A stretch of DNA of 64,000 bases. It comes from an uncultured Acidobacteriia bacterium. Its GTDB lineage: Bacteria > Acidobacteriota > Terriglobia > Bryobacterales > Bryobacteraceae. The stretch's first letter is position 1. Every line of letters starts with the position of its first letter. The notes beneath the pieces were generated by a model. That model did not search any database. It was not told where the DNA came from and saw only the letters and a program-made list of their open reading frames with translations. The stretch covers positions 26,298-90,297 of the forward strand of contig CAIKAS010000364.1 in assembly GCA_903825445.1 (NCBI GenBank). Direction: 5' to 3'. Below, piece by piece: positions 1 to 9,580 of the stretch. The position numbers and the translations under genes were made by a program.

Positions 1-680
1 ACCTCCGCCAGTGCGGCACTGAAGCTGTGCGTGCTGCCAGTGTCGTTGCCATCGGAGAGAATCAACAGCGCTTTGTTGGCAGCGGGCCCGCTTAGTTTGA
101 GGTGAGCGGAGGCATAGACGGCATTCCACAATGCGGTGCCGCCACAGGCAGGGCGTCTCCGCCCGTGCTCACCCGGGAGTGTCCCACAGGGCACACCCAG
201 CGGTTCTCCGCCCGGCGTGGCCAGCAACCTGTAACTGAGTCCATAGGGGCCGTCACTGACGTCCGATTTGAGAATGACATTGTCATTTACCGCCACCACA
301 AAAGCCCGATTGTGCCCGTGGACGACCCGCTGCAGCAATTGCGTGACGACGCGATCCTTTTCAGAAGCTCGATCCCGCTGGCTGTCGCTTACGTCATTGA
401 TCACTCCGAGGAGCAGGGGAAGATCCACCTCCGACCAGAGGTTGTCGATTCGGGTGGGCATTCCGTTGACATACAGCTTAAAGTCATCCGCCTTAAGGTC
501 GTTAATCGTGCGACCGCGTTCATCCGTGACCACGCAGGGAACGGTCACGAGTGTGGTCGTTTCACGAAACACGGGCACATCCTGCGGCAGCATTGCAGGC
601 GTCACCAGCAAGGCAGATATCACGAGGAAGGCCCAGTCGCGCCAGGAGCGCCCTAAGGGAGCGAGCTCACGCGTTTCCAC
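1..680 (-). CDS. VWA domain-containing protein, acidobacterial TIGR03436-like (partial; C-terminal part lies outside the window)
   Basis: Absent from the ORF track because it leaves the window. My minus-strand translation from GTG 680 (alternatives GTG 710, ATG 593) has no stops. It reads METRELAPLGRSWRDWAFLVISALLVTPAMLPQDVPVFRETTTLVTVPCVVTDERGR...NKALLILSDGNDTGSTHSF. It shows an N-terminal anchor, the FRxxxxLVxVPxVVTD module and an LILSDGxDxxS vWA motif. The listed + ORFs 102..656 and 268..720 are antisense artefacts. Confidence 0.6.
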   Translation of the reverse strand, partial: METRELAPLGRSWRDWAFLVISALLVTPAMLPQDVPVFRETTTLVTVPCVVTDERGRTINDLKADDFKLYVNGMPTRIDNLWSEVDLPLLLGVINDVSDSQRDRASEKDRVVTQLLQRVVHGHNRAFVVAVNDNVILKSDVSDGPYGLSYRLLATPGGEPLGVPCGTLPGEHGRRRPACGGTALWNAVYASAHLKLSGPAANKALLILSDGNDTGSTHSFSAALAE

Positions 681-797
681 AGCGGGAAATCCTCCCCGCG
701 CTGGGCACACTAATCGGTAAGCCGGCAATCAGCAGGCTTGAGCGCATGAAAACAGCATAACGCGAATTGTTTCCAGCTATCCGGCCAGGGTGACGAT

Positions 798-1778
798 TCA
801 GTTATTGCGGTAAGCCGCCGATTTGCCGTCCCAGGGTCCCACATAAACCACAGCACCGGGTTTCACTGCACGAAATTTCGCCGCGCCCTGCTCCGTGACG
901 CCCGTTCCCTGCAGATCCACTTCATGGAGCGCTGGCATCGTAATCAGCGTCTTCACCGTTTCATCGTCGATACGATTGCACCCCTGCGCTTTCAGTCGCT
1001 CGAGCTTCGTCAGCCCCTTCAGCTCTTCGATCCACTTCGGCGTTACGATCAACGGACTCATCTCGCCCAGCTTCGTGCCTTCGATTCCCACGCCAATCGA
1101 CACGCAGGAGAACCGCAGTTCGCGCAAATCCTTCAGTGTTAAAACCGCGGCAAGACCTGTTTCGGACATCGCGATCGTCCACACATTTTTATCCGTACCC
1201 TGCCGTCCGCTCAAATCCAGGTACGTAAGACCTGGCATTTGACGTAGCGCCTGCAGACCCGCATCGCCCAGTTCATTGCCGCCCATAGTTAGCTCCTTCA
1301 AATTGACCAGCGTAGTCAGGCGCTCCAGACCGACATCCGTCATCAGCGTGTTCCCTACGTTGAGCGACTCCAAAGTCGTGATCCCCGCGATATGCTCCAG
1401 ACCGTTATCGCTCACCTTGGTGCCGTGCAGATTCAGCCGCTTCAGCTTCTTCCAATCTTTAATGGCCGCAATCCCTTCGTCCGTCACGTACTCGGCAAAA
1501 TAGAGATTCAGATCGACAATACCCGGCAGCCCCTTGATTTCCGTCATCCCCTGATCGGTGATGTGGGTCAGAGAAAGATCGAGAGAATTCAGATTCGGCA
1601 GTTCCGTAAGATGCCGGAGATCGGCGTCACCGACCCACGTACCGCGAAGACTAACGCCCGTGACACGTCCCTGTGTGTCGCGAGTCACGTGTCCGCCGAT
1701 ATCGTCAATCCATTGAGTATTGGCCGCAAGCGCCGCCGCGGCGAATATTGTCAGAAACAAAAAACTGATCCGCATCAT
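798..1778 (-). CDS. secreted leucine-rich repeat (LRR) protein
   Basis: 326-aa ORF with signal peptide [18 protein letters not shown]. About 24-residue LxxLxxLxLxxTxVTDxGL repeats run throughout ([35 protein letters not shown], etc.). Confidence 0.8.
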   Translation of the reverse strand: MMRISFLFLTIFAAAALAANTQWIDDIGGHVTRDTQGRVTGVSLRGTWVGDADLRHLTELPNLNSLDLSLTHITDQGMTEIKGLPGIVDLNLYFAEYVTDEGIAAIKDWKKLKRLNLHGTKVSDNGLEHIAGITTLESLNVGNTLMTDVGLERLTTLVNLKELTMGGNELGDAGLQALRQMPGLTYLDLSGRQGTDKNVWTIAMSETGLAAVLTLKDLRELRFSCVSIGVGIEGTKLGEMSPLIVTPKWIEELKGLTKLERLKAQGCNRIDDETVKTLITMPALHEVDLQGTGVTEQGAAKFRAVKPGAVVYVGPWDGKSAAYRNN

Positions 1779-3754
1779 TTCGCCCTCCGGTTCGGCAGCG
1801 CAGAGTCGCGGTCAAATACGAACTCACATCCGGGCAGCGCCGCTTTCAGCGCCTGCAGGCCGCGCTCCGTGACCAGCGTGTGATACAGGTTGAGCGACTT
1901 CAGGCTGGTCATCGTCTGCAATATCGCAGCTCCTTTGTCAGACACATTCGTCGCATCCAGACTCAGTTCGCGAAGCTGCAAGAGCGCCTTCAGAGATTCG
2001 ATTCCCTTGTCGTCAATCGATGTGTAGTCCAGCTTCACGATTTTGAGATTCTTCAAATCGGCCAGCGCCACAAGTCCCGCGTTGGTAGTCCGGCTGCGCA
2101 CCAGTTCGATTCGCTCCAGCTTTTGAAGGGGCTGCAACGACACGAGTCCGGCGTCCGTAAACCGTCCATGGCTCAGATATAGTTCGCGCAAACCCGTGAG
2201 CGCGGCTATTTGCTTCAGACCTTTATCGGTCACATCCGTGCTTGTCAGATCGAGCTTTTCGAGACCAGTCAGCGTCGTAAGGTTCGCGAGGCCCGTGTCG
2301 CTGATGTCGTCATAATCGAGGCGCAGACTTGTGAGACCGGTGAGTGACGCCACACTGACCAAACCTGCGTCATCCAAGTGCGAACCCGCAAGGTCCAGTT
2401 CGCGGAGATTCGCCAGTCCCTTCAAACTCGCGAGCCCCGTACCCTGCACAAATGTCCCGGCGAGGCGAAGCGTGCGCAATTGAGTGAGGGCCGCCAGCTT
2501 GATCAGACCTGAGTCGGACACCGTAGTGTTGCTCAGCGTTAGCTCCTTCAGGTTGGTCATTCGTTGCACGGATGACAGGCCCAGATCCGAAATCTGGGTA
2601 ACGCCGAGGTCCAGACTGTCGAGGGCAGACAGCTTTTCCAGGCTTGCCAGTTGCGCGTCGCTCACCTGCGTGGAAACCAGGCTGATCGCAACGATGCGCC
2701 CTCCCGCCAGTTCCGATTTCCCGCCCAGCGCCTTCACCCACGCTGAGACGCCTGCGTCACCAGGGGCCTCGGGCTGTGCGGCAACCGGCGACTTTGCGGC
2801 AGGCGCCGAAGATCCCACGAATCGCACCCGCACAGATGGCAGCGCCGCTTTCAGCGCATCAATCCCGTTGGGCGTTACTCGCGTGTAGCGCACATCCACG
2901 TCGGTGAGGCTCTTCAGCGATTGTAGTTTCGCCAAACCCGAATTCGTGATACGTGTGCGGTAGAGGTTCAGCACTTCCAGATGCTGCATCCCCGCCAACA
3001 CATCCATCGATTCGTCCGTCACCTGCGCGCCCAGCAGATTCAATCTCCGCATGGATTTCAGATTGGTCAGATACTCGGCGCCTTTATCTGTAATTCGCGC
3101 ACCAGAAAGATCGAGTTCTTCCAGCTTCGTCAGGTCTCGCAGCGATTTAAGTCCCTCATCAGTCACCAGCGTGTCACGCAGCATCAGCCGCCGCAGGTTC
3201 TTCATTCCGGCGAGTCCGGTCATGCCTTCGTCCGTGAACGGATTGAAGGTCAGATCCAGATTTTGCAATTCCGGAAAAATCGACAGGCTGAGTTTGGAAA
3301 GGCTGCATTGCGTACAACGCAGTTCTTTCAGACCTTTCCACGCCGTCAGCGCCCCAATCTCTCTATCGCCCACTTCGATGTTGGAGTTGTACTGCCAGCC
3401 AAACGCCAGACGCTCCACATTCGTCAGCGTATTCAACGCCTGAAAAACCCCGGTTCTGTCCTCGTTTCCGCCACCGGGATTCCACACCGGACCTGGCAGA
3501 TAGAGTTCGCGGACATGCGTCAGACCTTCCAGCTTCTTCAGTTCGAGCGGATGCATCACACCACCGGTCAACTCCGCGGCGGCGATATGAAATTCCCCGG
3601 TCGGCAGTTCGGAGACATTACGCAGGGGGATACTTGAACCGTCAAGCAGCACCGTGCCTTCCCAGCGCAGCACCCACTCGGCGATCTCGCGTTCGCTCGC
3701 AGCGTGCGCTGCCATCGATATCAGAAAAAAACCCGCCAGGACCCGACGCATCAT
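1775..3754 (-). CDS. secreted leucine-rich repeat (LRR) protein, large paralogue
   Basis: 659-aa ORF with a signal peptide and two blocks of the same LRR type separated by a Pro/Ala linker. Its stop overlaps the start of the downstream LRR gene by 4 nt (ATGA). Confidence 0.8.
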   Translation of the reverse strand: MMRRVLAGFFLISMAAHAASEREIAEWVLRWEGTVLLDGSSIPLRNVSELPTGEFHIAAAELTGGVMHPLELKKLEGLTHVRELYLPGPVWNPGGGNEDRTGVFQALNTLTNVERLAFGWQYNSNIEVGDREIGALTAWKGLKELRCTQCSLSKLSLSIFPELQNLDLTFNPFTDEGMTGLAGMKNLRRLMLRDTLVTDEGLKSLRDLTKLEELDLSGARITDKGAEYLTNLKSMRRLNLLGAQVTDESMDVLAGMQHLEVLNLYRTRITNSGLAKLQSLKSLTDVDVRYTRVTPNGIDALKAALPSVRVRFVGSSAPAAKSPVAAQPEAPGDAGVSAWVKALGGKSELAGGRIVAISLVSTQVSDAQLASLEKLSALDSLDLGVTQISDLGLSSVQRMTNLKELTLSNTTVSDSGLIKLAALTQLRTLRLAGTFVQGTGLASLKGLANLRELDLAGSHLDDAGLVSVASLTGLTSLRLDYDDISDTGLANLTTLTGLEKLDLTSTDVTDKGLKQIAALTGLRELYLSHGRFTDAGLVSLQPLQKLERIELVRSRTTNAGLVALADLKNLKIVKLDYTSIDDKGIESLKALLQLRELSLDATNVSDKGAAILQTMTSLKSLNLYHTLVTERGLQALKAALPGCEFVFDRDSALPNRRAK

Positions 3755-3781
3755 GCGTTATTCTACAGCGTAGTCCGCAAA

Positions 3782-5755
3782 ATGCGCACAGCACTTACCA
3801 TCGCCACCACCATCGCGCTTACAGCCGGCGCGATTTCCGCCCAATCCCCCAGTTTCCAGACCGGCCTCTATCCGGTGATGGAGCGCGCGAACTGCCGCTC
3901 CTGCCACAATCCCGAAGGAGTCGCTTCTGCCACGCGCATCCACTTCCCCGCGCCGGACGCGCCCGCGGACAAGATCGAAGCTTTCGGAAATTCACTGGTC
4001 GCCGTCATCAACCGCGACAACCCTAATCAATCTCTGCTGTTGCAAAAGCCGACCGCCCGCATCGCACACACAGGTGGCGAGCGGATAAAGCCCGGCAGCC
4101 CCGAAGAAGCCCTGCTGAAAGCCTGGATCGACCACCTCACCAAACTTTCCGATATCGAACTCAACGTTGCGATGCGTTACAGAGAGTTTGAAGACGAAGG
4201 CTCCGGCGAAAAAGCGCAAGACGCCGAACTTCGCCGCCTGACCCACAGCCAGTACAACCACACAGTCCGCGATCTTCTGGGCGACCAGACCGACCCCGCC
4301 AGCCAGTTCCCTCCCGAAGATTTCGTCAACGGTTTTCGTAATCAGTCGCGTGGTCAGAGTCTTTCGCCGTTGCTGATCGAAGGCTACAGCGCCGCTGCCG
4401 AGCGACTCGCAAAGTCTGCCTTCCGCGGCGGCGATACGCACGGACTTATTCCCTGCAAGCCTTCTGTCGCCTGCCGCGCACGCTTCATTAAAGAATTCGG
4501 ACTCAAGACGTTCCGCCGCCCGCTCGATCCCGCAGAGCAGGCCCGCTATGAAAAGCTCATGGCAACTGATGCGAATAACGCGAACGCCGCAGATTTCCTG
4601 AAAGGCGCTCAACTCGTAGTCGAGGCTATGCTGCAGTCGCCGAATTTCCTGTTTCGCCTCGACGCCACGTCAGACCCAAAGCTGAAACCTTTCGCCACCG
4701 CCAATCGCCTCGCCTATTCGCTTTGGGACACCATGCCCGACGCTGAACTATTTGCTGCCGCCCAGCGTGGCGAACTTTCCACGCGCGCAGGCGTTGAAAA
4801 ACAGACACGCCGACTTCTCGCCGATCCGAAAGCGCACGAAGCGCTGGACGAGTTCGTCAGCCAGTGGCTGCGGTTCGACCGCCTGACTACTTCTAGCAAA
4901 GACCGCCGTAAGTTTCCGCTTTACACGCGCGAGACCGCCAACTCCATGACACAGGAAGCGACCACCTTCGTCTCCGATCTGGTCTGGAACAATGGCAACT
5001 TCATGACCCTGTTCACTGCCGATTACGGCCACGTGAACAGCGAGCTTGCCCGCATTTACGGCGTCACCGCACCGGCCAAAGATTTCGACCGCGTGCCGTT
5101 TCCCTCCGGTTCCGAGCGCGCCGGACTCTTGGGCGAAGGCCTGTTCCTGGCGATGACGTCGAAGCCGGAGGAGTCGTCGCCTACCGCGCGCGGCCTGTTC
5201 GTGCGCGAACAATTTCTCTGCCAACACGTGCCTGACCCTCCTCCCGGTGTCAACACCAACCTGCCGGCCGTGACCGAAGCGAAGCCCCAGACCAATCGTG
5301 ACCGCATGGTGGAACACGCCACGAACCCCACCTGCGCCACCTGCCACAAGCTAATGGATTCGGTCGGCTTCGGTCTGGAGAAGTTTGACGCCGTCGGCGC
5401 GCGCCGCGACCAGCTGACTCTGGAGTTCGGCAGCGGCAAGAATAAACACACTGTCAATCTCAACCTGGATACGTCCGGTGTTGTGGCCGGCATTCCTGAA
5501 TCGCAGTTCTCTTCGCCCGCCGAATTAGGCAAGGTGCTTGCGAACAGCACACAATGCCAGGAGTGCATGGTGAAGCAGTATTTCCGTTACACAGCAGGTC
5601 GCATGGATACCTTGGCGGATCGATCACTGATCCACCAGGTGTCCGAAGACTTCCGGAAATCGCAGTTCCGTTTCCAGGAGATGATAGTTTCGCTTACACT
5701 AATGAGAGAGTTCCCTGAAGCTAAAGGACTGTCCAATGTCGCAGGTAATCACTAA
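3782..5755 (+). CDS. DUF1592/DUF1588/DUF1585-type protein with CxxCH motifs (partner of DUF1552)
   Basis: ORF 3704..5755. I moved the start to ATG 3782, which gives a signal peptide [21 protein letters not shown]. It has two CxxCH motifs (CRSCH, CATCH). The family call comes from the overall architecture and the obligatory DUF1552 neighbour. Confidence 0.65.
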   Translation: MRTALTIATTIALTAGAISAQSPSFQTGLYPVMERANCRSCHNPEGVASATRIHFPAPDAPADKIEAFGNSLVAVINRDNPNQSLLLQKPTARIAHTGGERIKPGSPEEALLKAWIDHLTKLSDIELNVAMRYREFEDEGSGEKAQDAELRRLTHSQYNHTVRDLLGDQTDPASQFPPEDFVNGFRNQSRGQSLSPLLIEGYSAAAERLAKSAFRGGDTHGLIPCKPSVACRARFIKEFGLKTFRRPLDPAEQARYEKLMATDANNANAADFLKGAQLVVEAMLQSPNFLFRLDATSDPKLKPFATANRLAYSLWDTMPDAELFAAAQRGELSTRAGVEKQTRRLLADPKAHEALDEFVSQWLRFDRLTTSSKDRRKFPLYTRETANSMTQEATTFVSDLVWNNGNFMTLFTADYGHVNSELARIYGVTAPAKDFDRVPFPSGSERAGLLGEGLFLAMTSKPEESSPTARGLFVREQFLCQHVPDPPPGVNTNLPAVTEAKPQTNRDRMVEHATNPTCATCHKLMDSVGFGLEKFDAVGARRDQLTLEFGSGKNKHTVNLNLDTSGVVAGIPESQFSSPAELGKVLANSTQCQECMVKQYFRYTAGRMDTLADRSLIHQVSEDFRKSQFRFQEMIVSLTLMREFPEAKGLSNVAGNH

Positions 5756-7085
5756 CCGCCTCCGCACTTCGCGCCGCTCTCTGCTGAAAGGCATGACGGC
5801 TGCTGGCGCGAGAATCGCTGTCGGCCTGCCGCCACTGGTATCGATGTTCAACTCGATTGGCACCGCTTACGCCGCGACACCCGACGCGGCCACTGGTAAG
5901 CCTGGTGCGGAAAAGGCCATCGAGACCCGCTTCGTCCTTTGGTTCAATGGCAACGGTATTCCGGAACGCTACTGGATTCCCGCCGAGGGAGGCCCGGATT
6001 ACGAACTCACCCCTTGTCTGGCGCCCCTCGCGGCCTGGCGCAAAGACGTTCACGTACTGAGCGGCGTCGATAACGCGGCCGCATCCGGCAAAGGCAACGG
6101 CCACACAAATTCCATGAGCGGCCTGATGACCGGCACCGATTTCACCGGTCGCGGCCCCAGCGGTCCCTCCATCGACCAAATCATTGCGGCCAAAATCGGC
6201 GGCGATTCCCGTTTTCGTTCATTGCAGATCGGCGTCGCGCAGGAATCCTTCGGCGAAAGCATGCAGCGCAACATGAGCTGGGCCGGTTATGAACGCGCGC
6301 TGCCGCCCGAAATGATTCCGCACCGCCTTTTCGACCGTCTGTTCGGCGCGCAGGAAGAAGGTTGGGTCAACCGCAAGCGCAGCATCCTCGATACGGTGCT
6401 GGCAGACGCCAGCGAACTGCAAAAGAAACTGCCCACTGAGGACAAAGCGCGGGTCGATGAGCATCTCTCCGGTATCCGCGATTTGGAACGCTCCATCGCC
6501 GGCCTGCCCCCCGGATATGAAAAGGTGGCGCCACCGGATTTCGATGGCGACATGAAAGACTGGCCGCGCATCGCCAAGTTGCAGAGCGATCTTCTCGTCC
6601 AGGCGTTCGCCACAGGTCAGACCCGTGTTGCATCGTACATGCTGACCAAGTGTCAGAGCATCACGCGATTCCCGTGGCTTGGCTACACCTCCGCCCGGCA
6701 TCACGATTACACCCACGCCGAAGGCAAGATCTCCGGCGCCGATGGTACGGAAGGGCAGCGCGTGATGCGCGACATCTGCCGCTGGCATGTGGAAGAGTTC
6801 GCCTATCTGGTTTCGAAGCTGGAATCAGTGAAGGAGGGCGACGGCAATCTTTTCGACCACACCAGCCTGATCTTCGCTCACGAGCACGCGGAAGCCAATC
6901 CGCACAAAAACTACGGTCTCGCGATGATCGTCGCAGGCGGCAGTCCGAAACTGGCCCGTGGCAGTCACACGAAAGTGACCGGCACGGTGGGCGATGTTTA
7001 CGTCACAGTCGCCGACGAAGTAGTTGGCGCGGGAATCGGCAAATTCCCTACTGCTACGAAGAAACTCGGCGCGATACTGACGTAA
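5736..7085 (+). CDS. DUF1552 domain-containing protein (Tat signal)
   Basis: 449-aa ORF overlapping the upstream gene by 20 nt. Twin-arginine signal [14 protein letters not shown]. The motifs [28 protein letters not shown] and AHEHAE fit the DUF1552 family as I remember it. Confidence 0.65.
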   Translation: MSQVITNRLRTSRRSLLKGMTAAGARIAVGLPPLVSMFNSIGTAYAATPDAATGKPGAEKAIETRFVLWFNGNGIPERYWIPAEGGPDYELTPCLAPLAAWRKDVHVLSGVDNAAASGKGNGHTNSMSGLMTGTDFTGRGPSGPSIDQIIAAKIGGDSRFRSLQIGVAQESFGESMQRNMSWAGYERALPPEMIPHRLFDRLFGAQEEGWVNRKRSILDTVLADASELQKKLPTEDKARVDEHLSGIRDLERSIAGLPPGYEKVAPPDFDGDMKDWPRIAKLQSDLLVQAFATGQTRVASYMLTKCQSITRFPWLGYTSARHHDYTHAEGKISGADGTEGQRVMRDICRWHVEEFAYLVSKLESVKEGDGNLFDHTSLIFAHEHAEANPHKNYGLAMIVAGGSPKLARGSHTKVTGTVGDVYVTVADEVVGAGIGKFPTATKKLGAILT

Positions 7086-7118
7086 ATTTCCCAGAGAATT
7101 AATCGGCGAATTCGCACT

Positions 7119-7156
7119 CCGCTGTAGGACAAGCTTCAGTGCATGTCCTACAGCGG
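7119..7156. terminator. 12-bp perfect hairpin between convergent genes (possible bidirectional terminator)
   Basis: CCGCTGTAGGAC (7119..7130), a 14-nt loop, then GTCCTACAGCGG (7145..7156). The right arm overlaps the last codons and stop (7148..7150) of the minus-strand gene. There is no clear U-tract. Confidence 0.4.
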
Positions 7157-8266
7157 TCCCTCATGCCCCCGCGCTGTCACACGCTCCACACTACCCACCT
7201 CTCCGCCAACAACGAACGCCGCCGCATCGAAGTTATTCACAGTTGGGCAAACATGCCTCGGAATCAAATAGAGCTGACTCCCAATGGCTGGCGCCTGCCC
7301 CCCGGCTTCCACCTCAATAGGCAAATGCTCCTCACTCGGTTTCATCGGCCGGAACTCAGGATGCCCCACCACTCTGCACGTCGGCACACCTGCATCCGCC
7401 GAAACGCTCTTATGCCCCGCATCGCACGTAAACACGTTCGGCGCCGGATGACTGATCACCGTCGTCAGCACAACCACGGCGGCAGCATATCCGCGCCCGG
7501 GCAACTGCCCCAAACTCGACATATCGTTATAAACCACCGTCCCCGGCGAGATCCGATGCTTGAATGGACCCGCACTTAACCCCGCATGATTGATTGCGTA
7601 CGGCGCCGCTGGCGTACCGGACGTAATCACTTCACCCGGTGCGCAGCCTGCAACAGAAAGCTCCCGCACAATTTCCATCAATCTGTCATATCCAGCATGA
7701 GCGGCCCGTTCGCGCTCGCCTGCATCGGGCGCCGATACATGTCCATCGTAGTAATGCAACCCCCGAAACGCGTCGCCGATCCGACGCGCCAACGCGAGAA
7801 TATCCGCCCCCCGCTCCTGGCTGATTCCCGTTCGGTTCATGCCGGTGTTTACATCGATAAATACCCCGACGCTGCTCCCCCGCCACACTTCCGCCTGCTC
7901 CGCCGATTCCACCAGCGCAGAAACCCGCACCACTGGAAACTGGCGTGCAATTTCCGCTGTGCGGCGTGCATTGGCGCCCGTCACGGGAAATGCCAGGAGC
8001 ACGTCGTCGGCCCCCGCCTCGCACGCGGTTAACAATTCCAGCGTAGTAGCGCATTTAAGATTCCGAACTCCATGCCCGATCATCTGCCGCACTACCGCGC
8101 CGATTTTCGCCGTTTTGATGTGCGGCCGCCAGCGGTTCGGGTCGTTCCCTGCCAGCCGGATGGTCGCCCGGATGTTCGCGTCCACCAATTCGGGATAAAC
8201 CAGCAGCGCTGGAGTCAGTATTTTGCCAGCGTCGCGAAGAGCGTACGCGCGTATTTCGTCGTCCAT
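7148..8266 (-). CDS. D-threonine aldolase / D-serine dehydratase-like PLP enzyme (alanine racemase N-terminal fold)
   Basis: 372-aa ORF. It has a PLP-lysine context RPHIKTAKIG, a TIM-barrel-like N-terminal domain and a C-terminal HVCPTVN motif typical of the DSD1/D-TA family. Confidence 0.6.
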   Translation of the reverse strand: MDDEIRAYALRDAGKILTPALLVYPELVDANIRATIRLAGNDPNRWRPHIKTAKIGAVVRQMIGHGVRNLKCATTLELLTACEAGADDVLLAFPVTGANARRTAEIARQFPVVRVSALVESAEQAEVWRGSSVGVFIDVNTGMNRTGISQERGADILALARRIGDAFRGLHYYDGHVSAPDAGERERAAHAGYDRLMEIVRELSVAGCAPGEVITSGTPAAPYAINHAGLSAGPFKHRISPGTVVYNDMSSLGQLPGRGYAAAVVVLTTVISHPAPNVFTCDAGHKSVSADAGVPTCRVVGHPEFRPMKPSEEHLPIEVEAGGQAPAIGSQLYLIPRHVCPTVNNFDAAAFVVGGEVGSVERVTARGHEGPL

Positions 8267-8307
8267 GGGTTTCCTTTCAAGATATCCCGCGCTGCATAAT
8301 GTAATCC

Positions 8308-8847
8308 ATGGCCTCGGCGGACACCAGATCGGCGGAACAGGATCACTTCGACCTGCTGCCGTTTATCGCCATCATGATGTGTCTGCTGGGAACGCTGCTC
8401 CTGGTCACCATGAGCATGGCCGCTATCAATGTAGGTGCGGGAGCGGGTGAAGGTTGGGTGCCCGCCCAGGACGCTGGCGCCAAAACCCCCGTGCTGATCG
8501 AATGGGACGGCCGCTACGCTCTCTGGCACAGCGACCGCGGCACTCAGAGCATAGAAGAGGACTTCACCCAGTACGTCAACACCGCCAGCGGCTGGATTCG
8601 CATCTTGCCCATCGGGACCGCCATGAAAGTCTCCGGCCCGCGCCCCAGTCCCTTCGATCCGCTAATCGATTACCTGGACGCACACCGGAAAACTCACTAC
8701 GCCCTGATCGCCGTGCGACCTTCCGGCTTCCATAACTTTCGCCGTTTTGCCTCGCGTTTTGAGAATCGGCAGATCGACCTTGGCTCGGAACCTGTCGATC
8801 AGGGAAAGCCGGTACATCTGATGCTGCCGCCAGGAACGCCCCAATGA
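8308..8847 (+). CDS. ExbD/TolR-like single-pass membrane protein (TM Asp replaced by Ala)
   Basis: 179-aa ORF. The N-terminal FDLLPFIAIMMCLLGTLLLV resembles the ExbD motif (N/L)xTPFIDVMLVLLIIF, but has Ala at the Asp position. A ~130-aa extracytoplasmic domain follows. Confidence 0.5.
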   Translation: MASADTRSAEQDHFDLLPFIAIMMCLLGTLLLVTMSMAAINVGAGAGEGWVPAQDAGAKTPVLIEWDGRYALWHSDRGTQSIEEDFTQYVNTASGWIRILPIGTAMKVSGPRPSPFDPLIDYLDAHRKTHYALIAVRPSGFHNFRRFASRFENRQIDLGSEPVDQGKPVHLMLPPGTPQ

Positions 8848-8854
8848 AATCACA

Positions 8855-9499
8855 ATGAAACGCCGCCGCACTGAACAGTTCGAACAGCCGTCGCTCGTCC
8901 CCATGGCGGACATGGTCACCAACACCGTTGGCATCATGCTGTTCATCCTGATCTTCGTTTCGCTGTCTGCAGGCGGCGTTGTTGTGGCGCGGCACGTCCC
9001 GCGGGAAAAACACACCGAAGCCCGCGCCGTCTGGATCTACTGCTCCGGTGGACGCATCGCGTATTTCGACGCCGAGGGCCTGGGAAAGCAAATGGCAGAC
9101 CGTAGTGGCGATCCTTCCGCGACGAATGCCGGCCTGTGGGCAATGCGCTACTCCAATCAAAGGATTCAGACTGACGTCGTGGAAGCCGCGGGCGACGCAT
9201 TCCTGGAGTCTGGCGGTCACCTGTCGAAATCGGTGCTGATTCGCCGCAGATCCAATCGCGGAGAAGACGAGGCAGCCATAAAGAATCCGGACTCTGCATT
9301 TCAAAAACTGCTCGCCGAAAAGAGCAGGTCCGCAAACTTCTTTTACTTTTTCGTTGACCCCAACAGCATCCACGTTTTCTTAGCCGCCAGAGAGCAGGCA
9401 ACGCAGGCCGGGTTCAACGCGGGCTGGACGCCGCTCGACGTCGACGCGCCAGCCCGCATTTCGCTTTCCGGCGGCGGCCGCGAGGCCAATATCCAGTAG
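8855..9499 (+). CDS. ExbD/TolR-like single-pass membrane protein (TM Asp retained)
   Basis: 214-aa ORF starting 7 nt after the previous gene. SLVPMADMVTNTVGIMLFILIFV matches the ExbD N-terminal motif and keeps the acidic residue. The ~165-aa periplasmic domain has no motif I recognise. Confidence 0.5.
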   Translation: MKRRRTEQFEQPSLVPMADMVTNTVGIMLFILIFVSLSAGGVVVARHVPREKHTEARAVWIYCSGGRIAYFDAEGLGKQMADRSGDPSATNAGLWAMRYSNQRIQTDVVEAAGDAFLESGGHLSKSVLIRRRSNRGEDEAAIKNPDSAFQKLLAEKSRSANFFYFFVDPNSIHVFLAAREQATQAGFNAGWTPLDVDAPARISLSGGGREANIQ

Positions 9500-9510
9500 C
9501 GCAGCGGGGC

Positions 9511-9570
9511 ATTGATCAGCGCAACAATCGGTTGCGCGACATTGAGCAGCGCAACAATCGGTTGCGCGAC
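9511..9570 (+). repeat. two tandem 30-bp repeats, each containing a 7-bp-stem hairpin
   Basis: ATTGA(T/G)CAGCGCAACAATCGGTTGCGCGAC occurs twice (9511..9540, 9541..9570) with one mismatch. Each unit has GCGCAAC-AATCG-GTTGCGC (9519..9537, 9549..9567). The repeats lie between stop 9499 and the RBS/ATG at 9581. Confidence 0.85.
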
Positions 9571-9580
9571 AGAGGAAACC

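Noticed and set aside
102-720. Plus-strand ORFs 102..656 (184 aa) and 268..720 (150 aa)
   Set aside because: Their translations are low-complexity and Arg/Ser/Pro-rich with no motifs. The opposite strand gives a clean VWA/TIGR03436-like protein running off the window, so these are antisense shadows in GC-rich DNA.
9511-9570. Possible CRISPR array or REP element
   Set aside because: There are only two directly abutting units with no spacers, no cas genes and no further copies in the window. I report it as a local tandem hairpin repeat instead.
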